Positions 1 through 20,774 of a stretch of DNA of 64,000 nucleotides are shown here, in pieces. Under the pieces are notes generated by a model. It was not told the origin of the DNA. It searched no databases and saw only the letters and a program-made list of their open reading frames with translations. The stretch's first letter is position 1. Every line of letters starts with the position of its first letter. The position numbers were made by a program, and so were the translations under genes. Location of the stretch: assembly GCF_009914755.1 (NCBI RefSeq), contig NC_060938.1. One strand, 5' to 3'. The stretch is from the human T2T-CHM13v2.0 reference genome, Homo sapiens.

Positions 1-945
1 TTTTGTCTTGAAATTTATTTTGTCTGAATAAGTATAGCTTCTCCTGCTCTTTTGTTTGTTTGTTTCCATTGGCATGGAACATCTTTTTCCATCCCTTTAT
101 TTTCAGACTGTGTGTCTTTATAGGTGAAGTGCATTTCTTCCAGGCAACAGATCATTGAGTCTTGGTTTTTTTTTTTAATTCATTCAGCCACAACATGTCT
201 TTTGATTGGAGACTTTAGTCTATTTACACTCAATATTATTATTGATAAGTAAGGACTTACTCCTGCCATATTGTTATTTGTTTTCTGGTTCTTTTGTGGT
301 TTTCTCTTCCTCCTTTCCTTCTTGTCTTCCTTTTAGTAAAGATGATTTTCTCTGGTGGTATGATTGAATTTCTTGCTTTTTATTTTTTGTGTTTCCATTA
401 TATGTTTTTTTGATTTGAGGTTACCATGAGGCTTGCAGATACTATCTTAAAACCTATTATTTTAAGCTGATAGCTACTTAACACTGCTTGCATAAACAAA
501 CTAACAAGCAAAAAGTAAACTAATAAAACCTCTACATTTTAACTTAATTCCCCAGCTTTTTAATTTTTTGTCATTTCTATTTATTATTGTCCTATATATG
601 TCTTGAAAATTTGTTGTAGTTATTTTTGACTAGTTCATTTTTAGTCTTTCTACTTAAGAGTAGTTTGCACACCACAGTTACAGTGTTATAATAGTCTGTG
701 TTTTTCTGTGTATTTACTATTACCAGTGAGTTTAGTACTTTCAGATGATTTCTTACTGCTCACTGACATCCTTTTCTTTCTGATTGAAATACTCCCTTTA
801 GCATTTCTTATAGGACAGGTCTGGTACTGATGAAATCCCTCAGCTCATGTTTGTCTAGAAAAGTCTTTATTTCTCCTTCATGTTTGATGGATATTTTCAC
901 TGGACATACTATTCTAGGGCAAAAGTTTTTTTTCCTTCAGAATTT
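1..945 (-). mobile_element. Old L1M (L1MA/L1M2-like) fragment: ORF2 endonuclease N-terminus and inter-ORF region
   Basis: Minus strand from ATG at 269 reads MAGVSPYLSIIILSVNRLKSPIKRH, an L1 ORF2 N-terminus. The element resumes at 8313 after the nested insertion. Confidence 0.8.
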
Positions 946-2717
946 AATTTTTTTTTATTATACTTTAAGTTCTGGGGTACATGTGCAGAACGTGCAGGTT
1001 TGTTACATAGGTATACACGTGCCATGGTGGTTTGCTGCACCCATCAACCCGTCATCTACATTAGGTATTTCTCCTAATGCTATCCCTCCCCTAGCCCCCC
1101 ACCCCCCAACAGGCCCTGGTGTGTGATTCCCTGTGTCCATGTGTTCTCACTGTTGAACTACCACTTATGAGTGAGAACATGATGGTGTTTGGTTTTCTGT
1201 TCTTGTGTTAGTTTGCTGAGAATGATGGTTTCCAGTTTCATCCATGTCCCTGCAAAGGACGTGAACTCATCCTTTTTTATGGCTGCATAGTATTCCATGG
1301 TGTATATGTGCCACATTTTCTTTATCCAGTCTATCATTGATGGGCATTTGGGTTGGTTCCAAGTCTTTGCTATTGTGAATAGTGCCGCAATAAATGTGTG
1401 CATGTGTCTTTATAGTAGAATGATTTATAATCCTTTGGGTAGATACCCAGTAATGGGATTGCTGGGTCAAATGGTATTTCTGGTTCTAGATCCTTGAGGA
1501 ATCACCATACTTGTCTTCCACAATGGTTGAACTAATTTACACTCCCACCAACAGTGTAAAAGTGTCTCTATTCCTCCACATCCTCTCCAGCATCTGTTGT
1601 TTCCTGACTTTTTAGTGATTGCCATTCTAACTGGTGTGAGATGGTATCTCATTGTGGTTTTGATTTGCATTTCTCTAATGACGAGTGATGATGAGCTTTT
1701 TTTCATATGTTTGTTGGCCGCATAAATGTCTTCTTTTGAGAAATGTCTGTTCATATTCTTCACCCACTTTTTGATGGAGTGGTTTGTTTTCTTCCTGTAA
1801 ATTTGTTTAAGTTCTTTGTAGATTCTGGATGTTAGCCCTTTGTCAGATGAGTAGATTGCAAAAATTTTCTCCCATTCTACAGGTTGCCTGTTCACTGTGA
1901 TGATAGTTTGCTTTGCTGTGCAGAAGCTCTTCAGTTTAATTAGATCCCATTTGTCAATTTTGGCTTTTGTTCCCTTTGCTTTTGGTGTTTTAGTCATGAA
2001 GTCCTTGCCCATGCCTATGTCCTGAATTGCCTCGGTTTTCTTCTAGGGTTTTTATGGTTTTAGGTCTTACATTTAAGTCTTTAATCCAAAATCTTGAGTT
2101 AGTTTTTGTATAATGTGTAAGGAAGGGGTCCAGTTTCAGTTTTCTGCATATGGCTAGCCAGTTTTCCCAACACCATTTATTAAATAGGGAATCCTTTCTC
2201 CATTGCTTGTTTTTCTCAGGTTTATCAAAGATCAGATGTTTGTAGATGTGTGGTGTTATTTCTGAAGCCTCTATTCTGTTCCATTGGTCTATATATCTGT
2301 TTTGGTACCAGTACCATGCTGTTTTGGTTACTGTAGCCTTGTAGTATATTTTGAAGTCAGGTAGCATGATGCCTCCAGCTTTGTTCTTTTTGCTCAGGAT
2401 TGTCTTGGATATATGGGCTCTTTTTTGGTTCCACATGAAATTTAAAATAGTTTTTTCTAATTCTGTGAAGAAAGTCAATAATAGCTTGATGGGGATGGCA
2501 TTGAACCTATAAATTACTTTGGACAGTATGGCCATTTCCATGATATTGATTCTTCCTACCCATGAGCATGGAATGTTTTTCCATTTATTTGTGTCCTCAA
2601 TTATTTCCTTGAGAAGTGGTTTGTAATTCTCCTTGAAGAGGTCCTTCACATCCCTTGTAAGCTGTATTCCTAGGTATTTTATTCTCTTTGTAGCAATTGT
2701 GAATGGGAGTTCACTCA

Positions 2718-3351
<634 letters not shown>

Positions 3352-3624
3352 TTATCCAGTCAGTATGATATTGGCTGTGGGTTTGTCATAAATAGCTCTT
3401 ATTATTTTGAGATACGTCCCATCAATTCCTAGTTTATTGAGAGTTTTTAGCATGAAGGGGTGTTGAATTTTATCAAAGGCCTTTTCTGCGTCTATTAAGA
3501 TAATTATGTGGTTTTTGTCATTGGTTCTGTTTATGTGATGGATTACATTTATTGATTTGCATATGTTGAGCCAGCCTTGCATCCCAGGGATGAAGCCGAC
3601 TTGATCATGGTGGATAAGCTTTTA

Positions 3625-3744
<120 letters not shown>

Positions 3745-4575
3745 TCAGGATGATGCTGGCCTCATAAAATGAGTTAGGGAGGATTCTCTCTTTTTGTATT
3801 CTTTGGAATAGTTTCAGAAGGAATGGTACCAGCTCCTCTTTGTACCTCTGGTAGAATTTGGCTGTGAATCCATCTTGTGCCGGACTTTTTTTGGTTGGTA
3901 GGCTGTTAATTACTGCCTCAATTTTAGAACTTGCTATTGGTCTATTCAGGGATTTGACTTCTTCCTGGTTTAGTCTTGGGAGGGTGTATGTGTCCAGAAA
4001 TTTATCCATTTCTTCTAGATTTTCTAGTTTATTTGCATAGAGGTGTTTATAGTATTCTCTGATGGTAGTTTGTATTTCTGTGGGATCAGTGGTGATATCC
4101 CCTTTATCTTTTTTTATTGCATCTATTTGATTCTTCTCTCTTTTTTTCTTTATTCGTCTGGCTAGTGGTCTATGTATTTTGTTGATCTTTTCAAAAAAAC
4201 AGCTCCTGGATTCATTGATTTTTTGAAGGGTTTTTTGTGTCTCTATCTCCTTCAGTTCTGCTCTGATCTTAGTTATTTCTTGCCTTCTGCTATCTTTTGA
4301 ATGTGTTTGCTCTTGCTTATCTAGTTCTTTCAATTGTGATGTTAGAGTGTCAATTTTAGATCTTTCCTGCTTCTTTTGTGGGCATTTAGTGCTATAAATT
4401 TCCCTCTATATGCTGCTTTAAATGTGTTTCAGAGATTCTGGTACGTTGTGTCTTTGTTCTCATTAGTTTCAAAAAGCATCTTTATTTCTGCCTTCCTTTC
4501 ATTATTTACCCAGTAATTATTCAGGAGCAGGTTGTTCAGTTTCCACGTAGTTGTACGGTTTTGAGTGAGTTTCTT

Positions 4576-4863
4576 TTCTTTTTTTTTTCAGACAAAGTCT
4601 CGCTCTGTTGCCTAGGCTGCAGTGGCAGGATCTCAGCTCACTACAACCTTCGCCTCCCGGGTTCAAGTGATTCTTCTGCCTCAGCCTCCCAAGTAACTGG
4701 GATTACAGGTGCCCACCACCATGCCCAGCTAATTTTTGTATTTTCAGTAGAGACGGGGTTTCACCATGTTGGCCAGGATGGTCTCAAACTCCTGACCTCG
4801 TGATCCACCTGCCTCGGCCTCCCAACGTGCTGGGATTACAGGCATGAGCCACTGCACCCAGCC
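4576..4863 (-). mobile_element. AluS (Sg-like) inserted in L1 ORF2
   Basis: Perfect 15-bp TSD TTGAGTGAGTTTCTT at 4561-4575 and 4864-4878. Confidence 0.93.
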
Positions 4864-5649
4864 TTGAGTGAGTTTCTTAATCCTGAGTTCTAATTTGATT
4901 GCACTGTGGTCTGAAAGACTGTTATGATTTCCGTTCTTTTGCATTTGCTGAGGAGTGTTTTACTTTCAGTTATGTGGTCAATTTTAGAATAAGTGTGATA
5001 TGGTGCTGAGAAGAATGTATATTCTGTTGATTGGGGGTGGAGAGTTCTGTAGATGACTATTAGGTTTGCTTGGTCCAGAGCTGAGTTCAAGTCCTGAATA
5101 TTCTTGTTAATTTTCTGTCTCATTGATCTGTCTAATACTGACAGTGGGGTGTTAATGTCTCCCGCTATTATTGTGTGGGAGTCTAAGTCTCTTTGTAGGT
5201 CTCTAAGAACTTGCTTTATGAATCTGGGTGCTCCTGTATTGGGTGCATGTATATTTAGGATAGTTAGCTCTTCTTGTTGCATTGACCCCTTTACCATTAT
5301 GTAATGGCATTCTTTGTCTCTTTTGATCTTTGTTGGTTTAAAGTCTGTTTTATCAGAGAATAGGATTGCAACCCCTGCTTTTTTTGCTTTCCATTTGCTT
5401 GGTAAATATTCCTCCATCCCTTTATTTTGAGCCTATGTGCATCTTTGCACGTGAGATGGGTCTCCTAAATACAGCACACCGAAGGGTCTTGACTATCCAA
5501 TTTGCTAGTCTGTGTCTTTTAATTGGGGCATTTATCCCATTTACATTTAAGGTTAATATTGTCATGTGTGAATTTGATCCTATCATTATGATGCTAGCTG
5601 GTTATTTTGCCCGTTAGTTGATACAGTTTCTTCATAGCATCAATGGCCT

Positions 5650-6662
5650 TTACAATTTGGTATGTTTTTGCAGTGGCTGGTACCGGTTTTTCTTTTCCAT
5701 GTTTAGTGCTTCCTTCAGGAGCTCTTGTAAGGCAGGCCTGGTGGTGACAAAATCTCTCAGCATTTGCTTGTCTGTAAAGGATTTTATTTCTCCTTTGCTT
5801 ATGGAGCTTAGTTTGGCTGGATATGAAATTCTGGGTTGAAAATTCTTTTCTTTAACAATGTTGAATATTGGCCCCTACTCTCTTCTGGCTTGTAGGGTTT
5901 CTGCAGAGAGATCCACTGTTAGTCTGATGGGCTTCCCTTTGTGGGTAACCCAACCTTTCTCTCTGGCTGCCCTTAACATTTTTTTCCTTCATTTCAACCT
6001 TTGTGAATCTGATGAATATGTGTCTTGGGGTTGCTGTTCTTAAGGTGTATCTTTGTGGTGGTCTCTGTATTTCCTGAATTTGAATGTTGTCCTGTCTTGC
6101 TAGGTTGGGGGAGTTCTCCTGGATAATATCCTGAAGAGTGTTTTCCAGCTTGGTTCCATTCTCCCCATCACTTTCAGGTACATCATCAAACGTAGATTTG
6201 GTCCCATATTTCTTGGAGGCTTTGTTCATTCATTTTCATTCTTTTTTCTCTAATCTTGTCTTCTCGCTTTATTTCATTAAGTTGATCTTCAATCTCTGAT
6301 AGCCTTTCTTCTGCTTGATCGATTCTGCTATTGATACTTACGTATGCTTCACGAAGTTCTTGTGCTGTGTTTTTCAGCTCCATTGGGTCGTTTATCTTCT
6401 TCTCTAAACTGGTTATTCTAGTTAGCAATTCCTCTAACCTTTTTTCAAGGTTCTTGGCTTCCTTGCATTGGGTTAGAACACGCTTCTTTAGCTCAGAGGA
6501 GTTTGTTGTTACCCACTTTCTGAAGCCTACTTCTGTCAACTCGTCAAACTCATTCTCCATCCAGTTTTTTTCCCTTTCTGGCAAGGAGTTGTGATCCTTT
6601 GGAGGAGAGGAGGCATTCTGGTTTTTGGAATTTTCAGCCTTTTTGTGCTGGTTTCTCCCCAT
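5650..6662 (-). pseudogene. L1 ORF1, frameshifted
   Basis: ATG at 6662 and TAA at 5650-5652. The span is not a multiple of 3 and is split into ORFs 6186-6662 and 5852-6229. Confidence 0.88.
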
Positions 6663-7369
6663 CTTCGTGGATTTATCTACCTTTGGTCTTTGATGTTGGT
6701 GACCTTCGGAAGGGGTCTCTGAGTGGACATCCTTTTTGTTGATGTTGATGCTATTCCTTTTTGTTTGATAGTTTTCCTCCTAATAGTCAGGCCCCTCTGC
6801 TTCAGGTCTCCTGAAGTCTGCTGGAAGTCCACTCCAGACCCTGTTTTCCTGGGTATTACCAGCAGAGGCTGCAGAATAGCAAAGATTGCTGCCTGTTCCT
6901 TCCTCTGGAAGCTTTGTCCCAGAGGGGCACCCGCCAGATGCCAGCCAGAGCTCTCCTGTATGAGGTGTCTGTCGGCCCCTACTGGGAGGTGTCTCCCAGT
7001 CAGGAGACACGGGGGTCAGGAACTCACTTGAGGAGGTAGTCTGTCCCCTAGCAGAGCTCAAATGCTGTGCTGGGAGATCCACTGCTCTCTTCAGAGCTGC
7101 CAGACAGGGACGTTTAAGTCTGCTGAAGCTGCATCCACAGCTGCCCCTTCCCCCAGGTGCTCTGTCCCAGGGAGAGGGGCAGTTTATCTATGAGCCCCTG
7201 ACTGGGGCTGCTGCCTTTTTTTCAGAGATGCCCTGCCCAGAGAGGAGGAATCTAGAGAGGCAGTCTGGCCACAGTGGTCTTGCTGAGCTGTGGTGGGTTC
7301 CACCCAGTTTGAATTTCCCGGTGGCTTTGTTTACACTGTGAGGGTGAACAGCCTACTCAAGCCTCAGCA

Positions 7370-7588
7370 ATGTTGGGTGCCCCTCCCCCTACCAAGCTCA
7401 AGCATCCCAGGTCCACCTCAGACTGCTATGCTGGCAGCAAGAATTTCAAGCTAGTGGATCTTAGCTTGCTGGGCTCCGTGGGGGTGGGACCCACTGAGCC
7501 AGACCACTTGGCTCCCTGGCTTCAGCCCCCTTTCCAGGGGAGTGAACGGTTCTGTCTTGCTGGCGTTCCAGGTGCCACTGGGGTATGA
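7370..7588 (+). CDS. L1 antisense ORF0 homolog (72 aa), expression unknown
   Basis: gcaATGttgggtgcccctccccc. MLGAPPP...SDC.A...SVGVGP.EP aligns with L1HS ORF0 MAGAPPP...SDCCA...SVGVGPSEP at the equivalent 5'UTR position. Confidence 0.6.
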   Translation: MLGAPPPTKLKHPRSTSDCYAGSKNFKLVDLSLLGSVGVGPTEPDHLAPWLQPPFQGSERFCLAGVPGATGV

Positions 7589-8008
7589 AAAAAAAAACAA
7601 AAAAAAACTACAGCTAGCTCAGTGTCTGCCCAAATGGCTGCCCAGTTTTGTGCATGAAACCCAGGACCCTGGTAGTGTAGGCACCAGAGGAAATCTCCTG
7701 GTCTGCAGGTTGCGAAGACCATGGGGAAAGCACAGTATCTGGGCCGGAGTGCACCATTCACAGTCCCTCATGGCTTCCCTTGGCTAGGGCAGGGAATTCC
7801 CCTACCCCTTGTGCTTCCTGGGTGAGGCGATGCCCCACCCTGCTTCGGCTTGCCCTCCATGGGCTGCACCCAATGTCCAAGCAGTCCCAATGAGATTAAC
7901 TGGGAACCTCAGTTGGAAATGCAGAAATCACCTGCCTTCTGCGTTGATGTAGCTGGGAGCTTCAGCCTGAGCTGTTTCTATTTGGCCATCTTTGAAGCTT
8001 TCCTGTAA

Positions 8009-9890
<1,882 letters not shown>

Positions 9891-9894
9891 CTCT

Positions 9895-14681
<4,787 letters not shown>

Positions 14682-15796
14682 TAATTTTGGATTCTACTAA
14701 GGACGACGGGAGCCAGCTCAAGGTTTTTAAGTGACTCGATCAGATTCACGAGGTTGGTTCACAAGGAACTTCGATAACCCCAAAGTCTAGTGAGCATAAT
14801 TCGACTGGGAGAAGACACTGCTGCAAGGAATTCTGTGAACCAGACAGATTTGAGGGCACCAACCAGGGTGGATGGCAGATAAGGTCTTAACAGCCTCAAG
14901 GTGATTTGCTTCCTTGTTGAAGGCTTTAATTAATCCTCTTAAGTAACTTTCAAGTTCTTGAGTTCAAGTAAACACACTGGCACACTAGGGGAGGAGTGGC
15001 AGGCTATAAGCATTTTAATAATTAAAAAAAAAAAGCCTTTTATTGTTCAAAGTGTTCCTTTTCTATGGAGTGCTCCCAACCAGAAGATGAGGGAAATGGA
15101 GATAATGAAGCACGTCCCTCCTACCAAACACGATAAATTCTACAGGCACTGTAAGATCAAGAATTTAAGATTATTTTTGTCCCACCCTATTTTACAGGTG
15201 AGGTATCAAGCACAGTAACTCGTAATTTTCTTTTGGCCCAATTGAAAGGTATCATATAAGAGAAAGCTGTGTGTGCGTGAAAAGGATCCGCCTTTCTTTC
15301 TGAAGAAAAGGGTGGTTACGGCTTCGGAAACGCTTTTCAAGCCAACTCTGCAGCCCGGCTGGCGGCGGCAGCGGCGGCGGCGGCAACGTCAGATTCCCGC
15401 AGAGGCGGCGCCCGGCAGGGGCGGCAGGAGCTCAGGAGAGGCCCCCGGGGATCGGGCTGGGCCCCACGTGAGAGCTAAGCGACTGCCCTCGCGCCCGCAG
15501 AACAGCAGGGCCTGCATCGACTCTAAGGCGAGACCAGAAACTTGCTAGTGGAGCAATTCTGGTGCCCCTGCCCGGGCTGTGAACCCTCTGAGATCATCCC
15601 TCAATCAAACGAATAGAAATCCTCGGGAAGAAAAAAAAAATTGCGGCAATCTGGCTAAAATTCAGCAGCTTTCAGGGACCGATTCAGGACATTATCCCTG
15701 TGGTTCCCTCAGTGAAAGGAGACTCGAAGCGCGACTAGAAGTCGCCGGGCCCCATAGATCTGCGGTGCCCAGGCCGTAGGCGGAGGCGCGGGCAGA

Positions 15797-15820
15797 GGCG
15801 GCGGCGGCGGCGGCGGCGGC
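15797..15820 (+). repeat. (GGC)8 trinucleotide repeat; a second interrupted tract (GGC)3AGC(GGC)4 lies at 15361-15384
   Basis: Counted directly. Confidence 0.95.
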
Positions 15821-16261
15821 TGGAGGACCCGGCGCTGGGGGCGCTGAGCGGCAGCCTCGCTTCCGGAGCTCGGCGGGCGGCGTCAGCGGAACGGGCGGCT
15901 TCCGGCCGCGGCGTAAACAAGGCCGTGGACTGCAGGAGGCGGGGCAGACGGGCTGCAAGAGGGAGCCGGCCCGACGCGGACCGCTTCCCTGCAGTGCCCC
16001 GAGTCCCGGGCCCGCGCCGCCGCCGCCCGGCTCCGCTCGCGGCCCCTCTGTCTGCAGGCGTGCCCCGGCGGCGGCGGAGAGCCGTCCTCGGCCGAGGAGG
16101 CTGGGAAACGCGAGCGCAGGCGGCAGAGAGGCCTCAACGCCGTCCCTTTCGCCACCGCCTTTTCCTTGCCTCGCGCCGCTGTGCATTTCTCTCCTTTTCC
16201 TTTGTTTTTTTGGCCCCTCGCGGGTGTGGGCATTGTTGGTTAGCAAAAGTGCAGCCTCAAG

Positions 16262-16414
16262 ATGGCTGATGGCAACGAGGATCTGCGGGCTGACGACTTG
16301 CCTGGGCCAGCCTTCGAGAGCTATGAGTCCATGGAGCTTGCCTGCCCCGCTGAGCGCAGCGGCCACGTAGCCGTCAGCGACGGGCGCCACATGTTCGTCT
16401 GGGGCGGCTACAAG
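16262..16414 (+). CDS. KLHDC2: KLHDC2 coding exon 1 (MADGNEDL...VWGGYK)
   Basis: Kozak aagATGg, 153 nt, donor AAG|gtcagt, Kelch GG motif. Confidence 0.97.
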
Positions 16415-17275
16415 GTCAGTGAGTGGCCGGGCCGCGACGGACGTCGCTCGGCTGTGACTCGGGTCTGCGTTCGCGGCCAGGCGGGGAGGCCAGAGCGGGC
16501 CGCCGAGGGCGCTCCCCGCCTGCGTCGCGCGCCCCACCTCAGACTCTGCCCGTTGGTTGTTTTTTTTTTGCGCGCGGGAATCTTCCTTCTCTCGAGTCCC
16601 CCAACCCGTCTCGAACCTCCAGGGCTGCTGTCATGTCACCCTGGTGCTCACAAAGCCAACTCACTCCCACCCCCGTTGTTGCCATTGGAGCGTTATTCCG
16701 GGGAAGGCCCTGTTAATGTTGCTTGGGCGGTGCATTCGGAAGGGTTGGGGTGTGAAAGGTGACGGTGTGTGATATCACTCAGACGCGTTATGAGGACGGC
16801 CTACGAGGACTTCACCCTCTGGAGCTGGGAACCGCTGCCCACTTACAGGGAGGCCGAGGTGTAGGAAAACTGGAATTCCAAAAGGTTACAGGAACCACCT
16901 TATTCAGCCTTCCCGCCTGTGCAAATGGCCATCAGGACTGTTTTCCTTCTGGCTTCAGCTGGGTTGAAGTTTTTCAGCAGACACCACTATTAAGATAATG
17001 GAAAAGCTCCACCAGTAACCAAAAAATCCCCAGCATCAAATGAACTACAGAGTGCAGCTCTTTGACTCTCCGATCCCCTGGTTATAAACAACGTGATTAG
17101 TTAGCAGTTTAAAGCCAGTTGCCATTCTTTACCCTGCTAACCTCGGAAATCTAGAATTTTATTTGCTAGGATGGCTCTGAGCCAGTCCTACCACAAAATT
17201 CCTCTTTGGTCTTGAAAATGTTCTCCGCCCTCCCCACGCCCGTGCCTTGGATGACTTGCTTTGTGATTGTTTTTA

Positions 17276-17560
<285 letters not shown>

Positions 17561-17586
17561 CTACTAAAAATACAAAAAAAAAATTA

Positions 17587-17739
<153 letters not shown>

Positions 17740-19383
17740 TTAGAAAGGGGTAGAGAATTGCAAGAAGGGGGGCGGGGGGGCAAGCATGTAGTCACCCTTA
17801 TAAAAATGTAAATTAATTCCCCTGGAGAAACCTGTCAATCACACTTCTAAGCTACCTAATTCATAATTGTATTTTTAAAATGACAGCATGAGAGAATAAG
17901 ACTTTGGGAGTGGGGCAGGGGAGGATTCTTAGTGTGGAATATTTCTTGTGGATTTAAAAGGGCCTGGATGATTGGGGCCGATTCAGGGAGGAGCAGCACA
18001 ATCACTGAATTGGATGGTTCTGAAACAGACTGCCCTCCCCATTTATGGCTGGTGGCTGGAACCCTGAGGGTAGGCACAGAAGTCCTTGGAGATTGTTTCA
18101 AAGGCAATAAACCTTGGCTTCCTACATAGTAGGCAGTTTTCCTCCCCAGGACAGGCTGGTCCCCTGTGGGTCAGCCCGCTTCCAGCCTTTCCCTTCATCA
18201 CTGGTGGGGTGGAAAAAGAAGTTGTTTTACGTGGTCAACTGTTCTGTTTCTGTATGTTTAATATTCAAGCTTGCTGGACTTTGACACCCATTTTTGGCTA
18301 ACCGCAGTCGTTTACTGTGTCAACATTGTTCAGAAAGTGGCTAGGGAGGGTCAAAGGCTGGGAATGTCAGGCAGTTGTTAAAGTTCAGGGAAAGGATAGA
18401 ATCCTGGCTCCACCATTACTTCATAAATAACCTTGGGCAAATTACTTAAACTCTAAACTTGTTTTCTCATAACATCAGCTACTTTTTAGGGTTGTTGTGA
18501 GGATTAAATAAAGCAATCCATGGATAGCTTTCAGCTGTGGCATATGGTAGGCTCAGTCTGTGTTAGGAATTAATACCTGAAGGGAAATGGAGCAGAACAA
18601 AGAACTTAAAATTCTGCATAAGGATTTAATATTTTGCATATTTGCAGTTCTGCCCTCTCTATTGCTGCTTAGAGAATGGATAGGTGAAAGGAAGGCATGG
18701 CTAGAAAACCACGCATCGTGTTAGCGTGGATCAGGCACTTTCAGTAACAGCCTGCTGACCATGGCACAGGCAGTCTCCTGAAGTCATGCAGCTGAAATTT
18801 GGTGCATGGTTCTGTTCAGGATAAAGCTGCCTTAGAGAGTTCCCAGAGATCTCTTGGCTGGGCACAATGGCTCACAGCCTGTAATCCCAGCACTTTGGGA
18901 GGCTGAGGTGGGTGGATTGCTTGAGGTTGGGAGTTTGAGACCAGCCTGGCCAACATGGTGAAACCCTGTCTCTACTAAAAATACAAAAATTAGCCAGGCG
19001 TGATGGCGAGTGCGTGCAGTCCCAGCTACTTAGGAGGCTGAGGCAGGAGAATCACTTGAACCCAGGAGGTGGACATTGCAGTGAGCCAGCCAAGATTGCG
19101 CCACTGCACTCCATCCTGAGCAATAGAGACTTGGACTAAAAAAAAAAAAGTTCCCAGAGATCTCTTCTTGTCCTATTGCAACTGCTGTATCAAAATTCTG
19201 AATTAAGAGCTATCTATGTTGAGCTTTACCTTGAGTGTGTGGCATGGGTGGGGGAGGATTGTGCACTGTAATACCTATTTTTCATACTAATTATGAAATT
19301 AGTATCTCAAGATCGATTTAAAAAATACAGTAGTGCCTCTTTAAAATACCAGTTTTTATATTTACAATTTTTTTTATTCTTAG

Positions 19384-19463
19384 AGTAATCAAGTCAGAGG
19401 ATTATATGACTTTTATCTGCCTAGAGAAGAACTATGGATCTACAACATGGAGACTGGAAGATG
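19384..19463 (+). CDS. KLHDC2: KLHDC2 exon 2 (SNQVRGLYDF...ETGRW)
   Basis: ttag|AGT...ATG|gtaaat, 80 nt, frame continuous. Confidence 0.96.
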
Positions 19464-19500
19464 GTAAATGTGGATATTATAAGGGGGACTAAAAAATTCA

Positions 19501-19830
<330 letters not shown>

Positions 19831-20582
19831 CTAAGCTACTTATATATTCTAAAAACACTGTTCTGCTACTTTAGCTTAGCTGCTAAGCTTAATTTAGCAC
19901 CTGTTCTGTAGTTACTAGATACTTTTATGAACTTAGAATAAATTTCTATCTCAAGTATCATAGTAATATTTAAAATAGATGTAGGGGCTTCAGATCCAGA
20001 ATGGAAAAATAAGTGTTCCATTTTTTTCAAGATGTTAAGTCTTCTGTTATATGATCTCTTGAATAAGGAAAGGAATTTATAAATGGTTAAATTGTTAGAT
20101 TTTAGATTGTATAGAATTTTATCTGCTAAAAATAAAGGTGGCATTCTATTTTAATAAGCTCTCAAAATTTGCATGCAAATCTTTTTAAAAATAGTGTTGT
20201 TCTGTTTAAAAACCAAAATGACCTCCAGTTTGCCCTTTTTGTAAACTGGAGATAATCTGAAATGATCTTTTGCAGTTTCATAACAGTAGTAGTCAAGAGC
20301 ATGTCCCTGGTAGAATCAAGGTGTTTCTCAAAATGCTGGGTTAGCCATGGTTGCGGATTTACAAAGTAGTTTTCCCCATGGTGTGCTTTGTGAGAACTTT
20401 ATGCTTTAAATATTTTACTTACTGTAGATCTCAGAATTAGCGTAGTAGTCCCACTTAACAGTTAGGCTGGATGCTGTGGCTCACGCCTGTAATCCCAGCA
20501 CTTTGGGAGGCCGAGGCAGGCAGCTCACCTTAGGTGAGGAGTTCAAGACCAGCCTGGCCAACATGGTGAAACCCCATCTCTA

Positions 20583-20774
<192 letters not shown>

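Larger units (their letters stand above)
15320..16620 (+). promoter_or_regulatory. KLHDC2: CpG-island promoter and first exon of KLHDC2
   Basis: Very GC/CpG-rich. E-box CACGTG 15465-15470, ETS CTTCCGG at ~15860 and ~15899, GC boxes, FOXO-type GTAAACAA 15913-15920, YY1-like AAGATGGC over the start codon. No TATA box seen. Confidence 0.9.

Noticed and set aside
15692-16537. 281-aa minus-strand ORF across the promoter
   Set aside because: GTG start and low-complexity Ala/Pro/Gly/Arg content. This is the expected stop-poor shadow frame in a CpG island, with no recognisable domain.
16415-16762. Extension of the exon-1 ORF to 166 aa
   Set aside because: Read-through into GC-rich intron 1 past a donor that joins exon 2 in frame; Kelch similarity stops at the donor.
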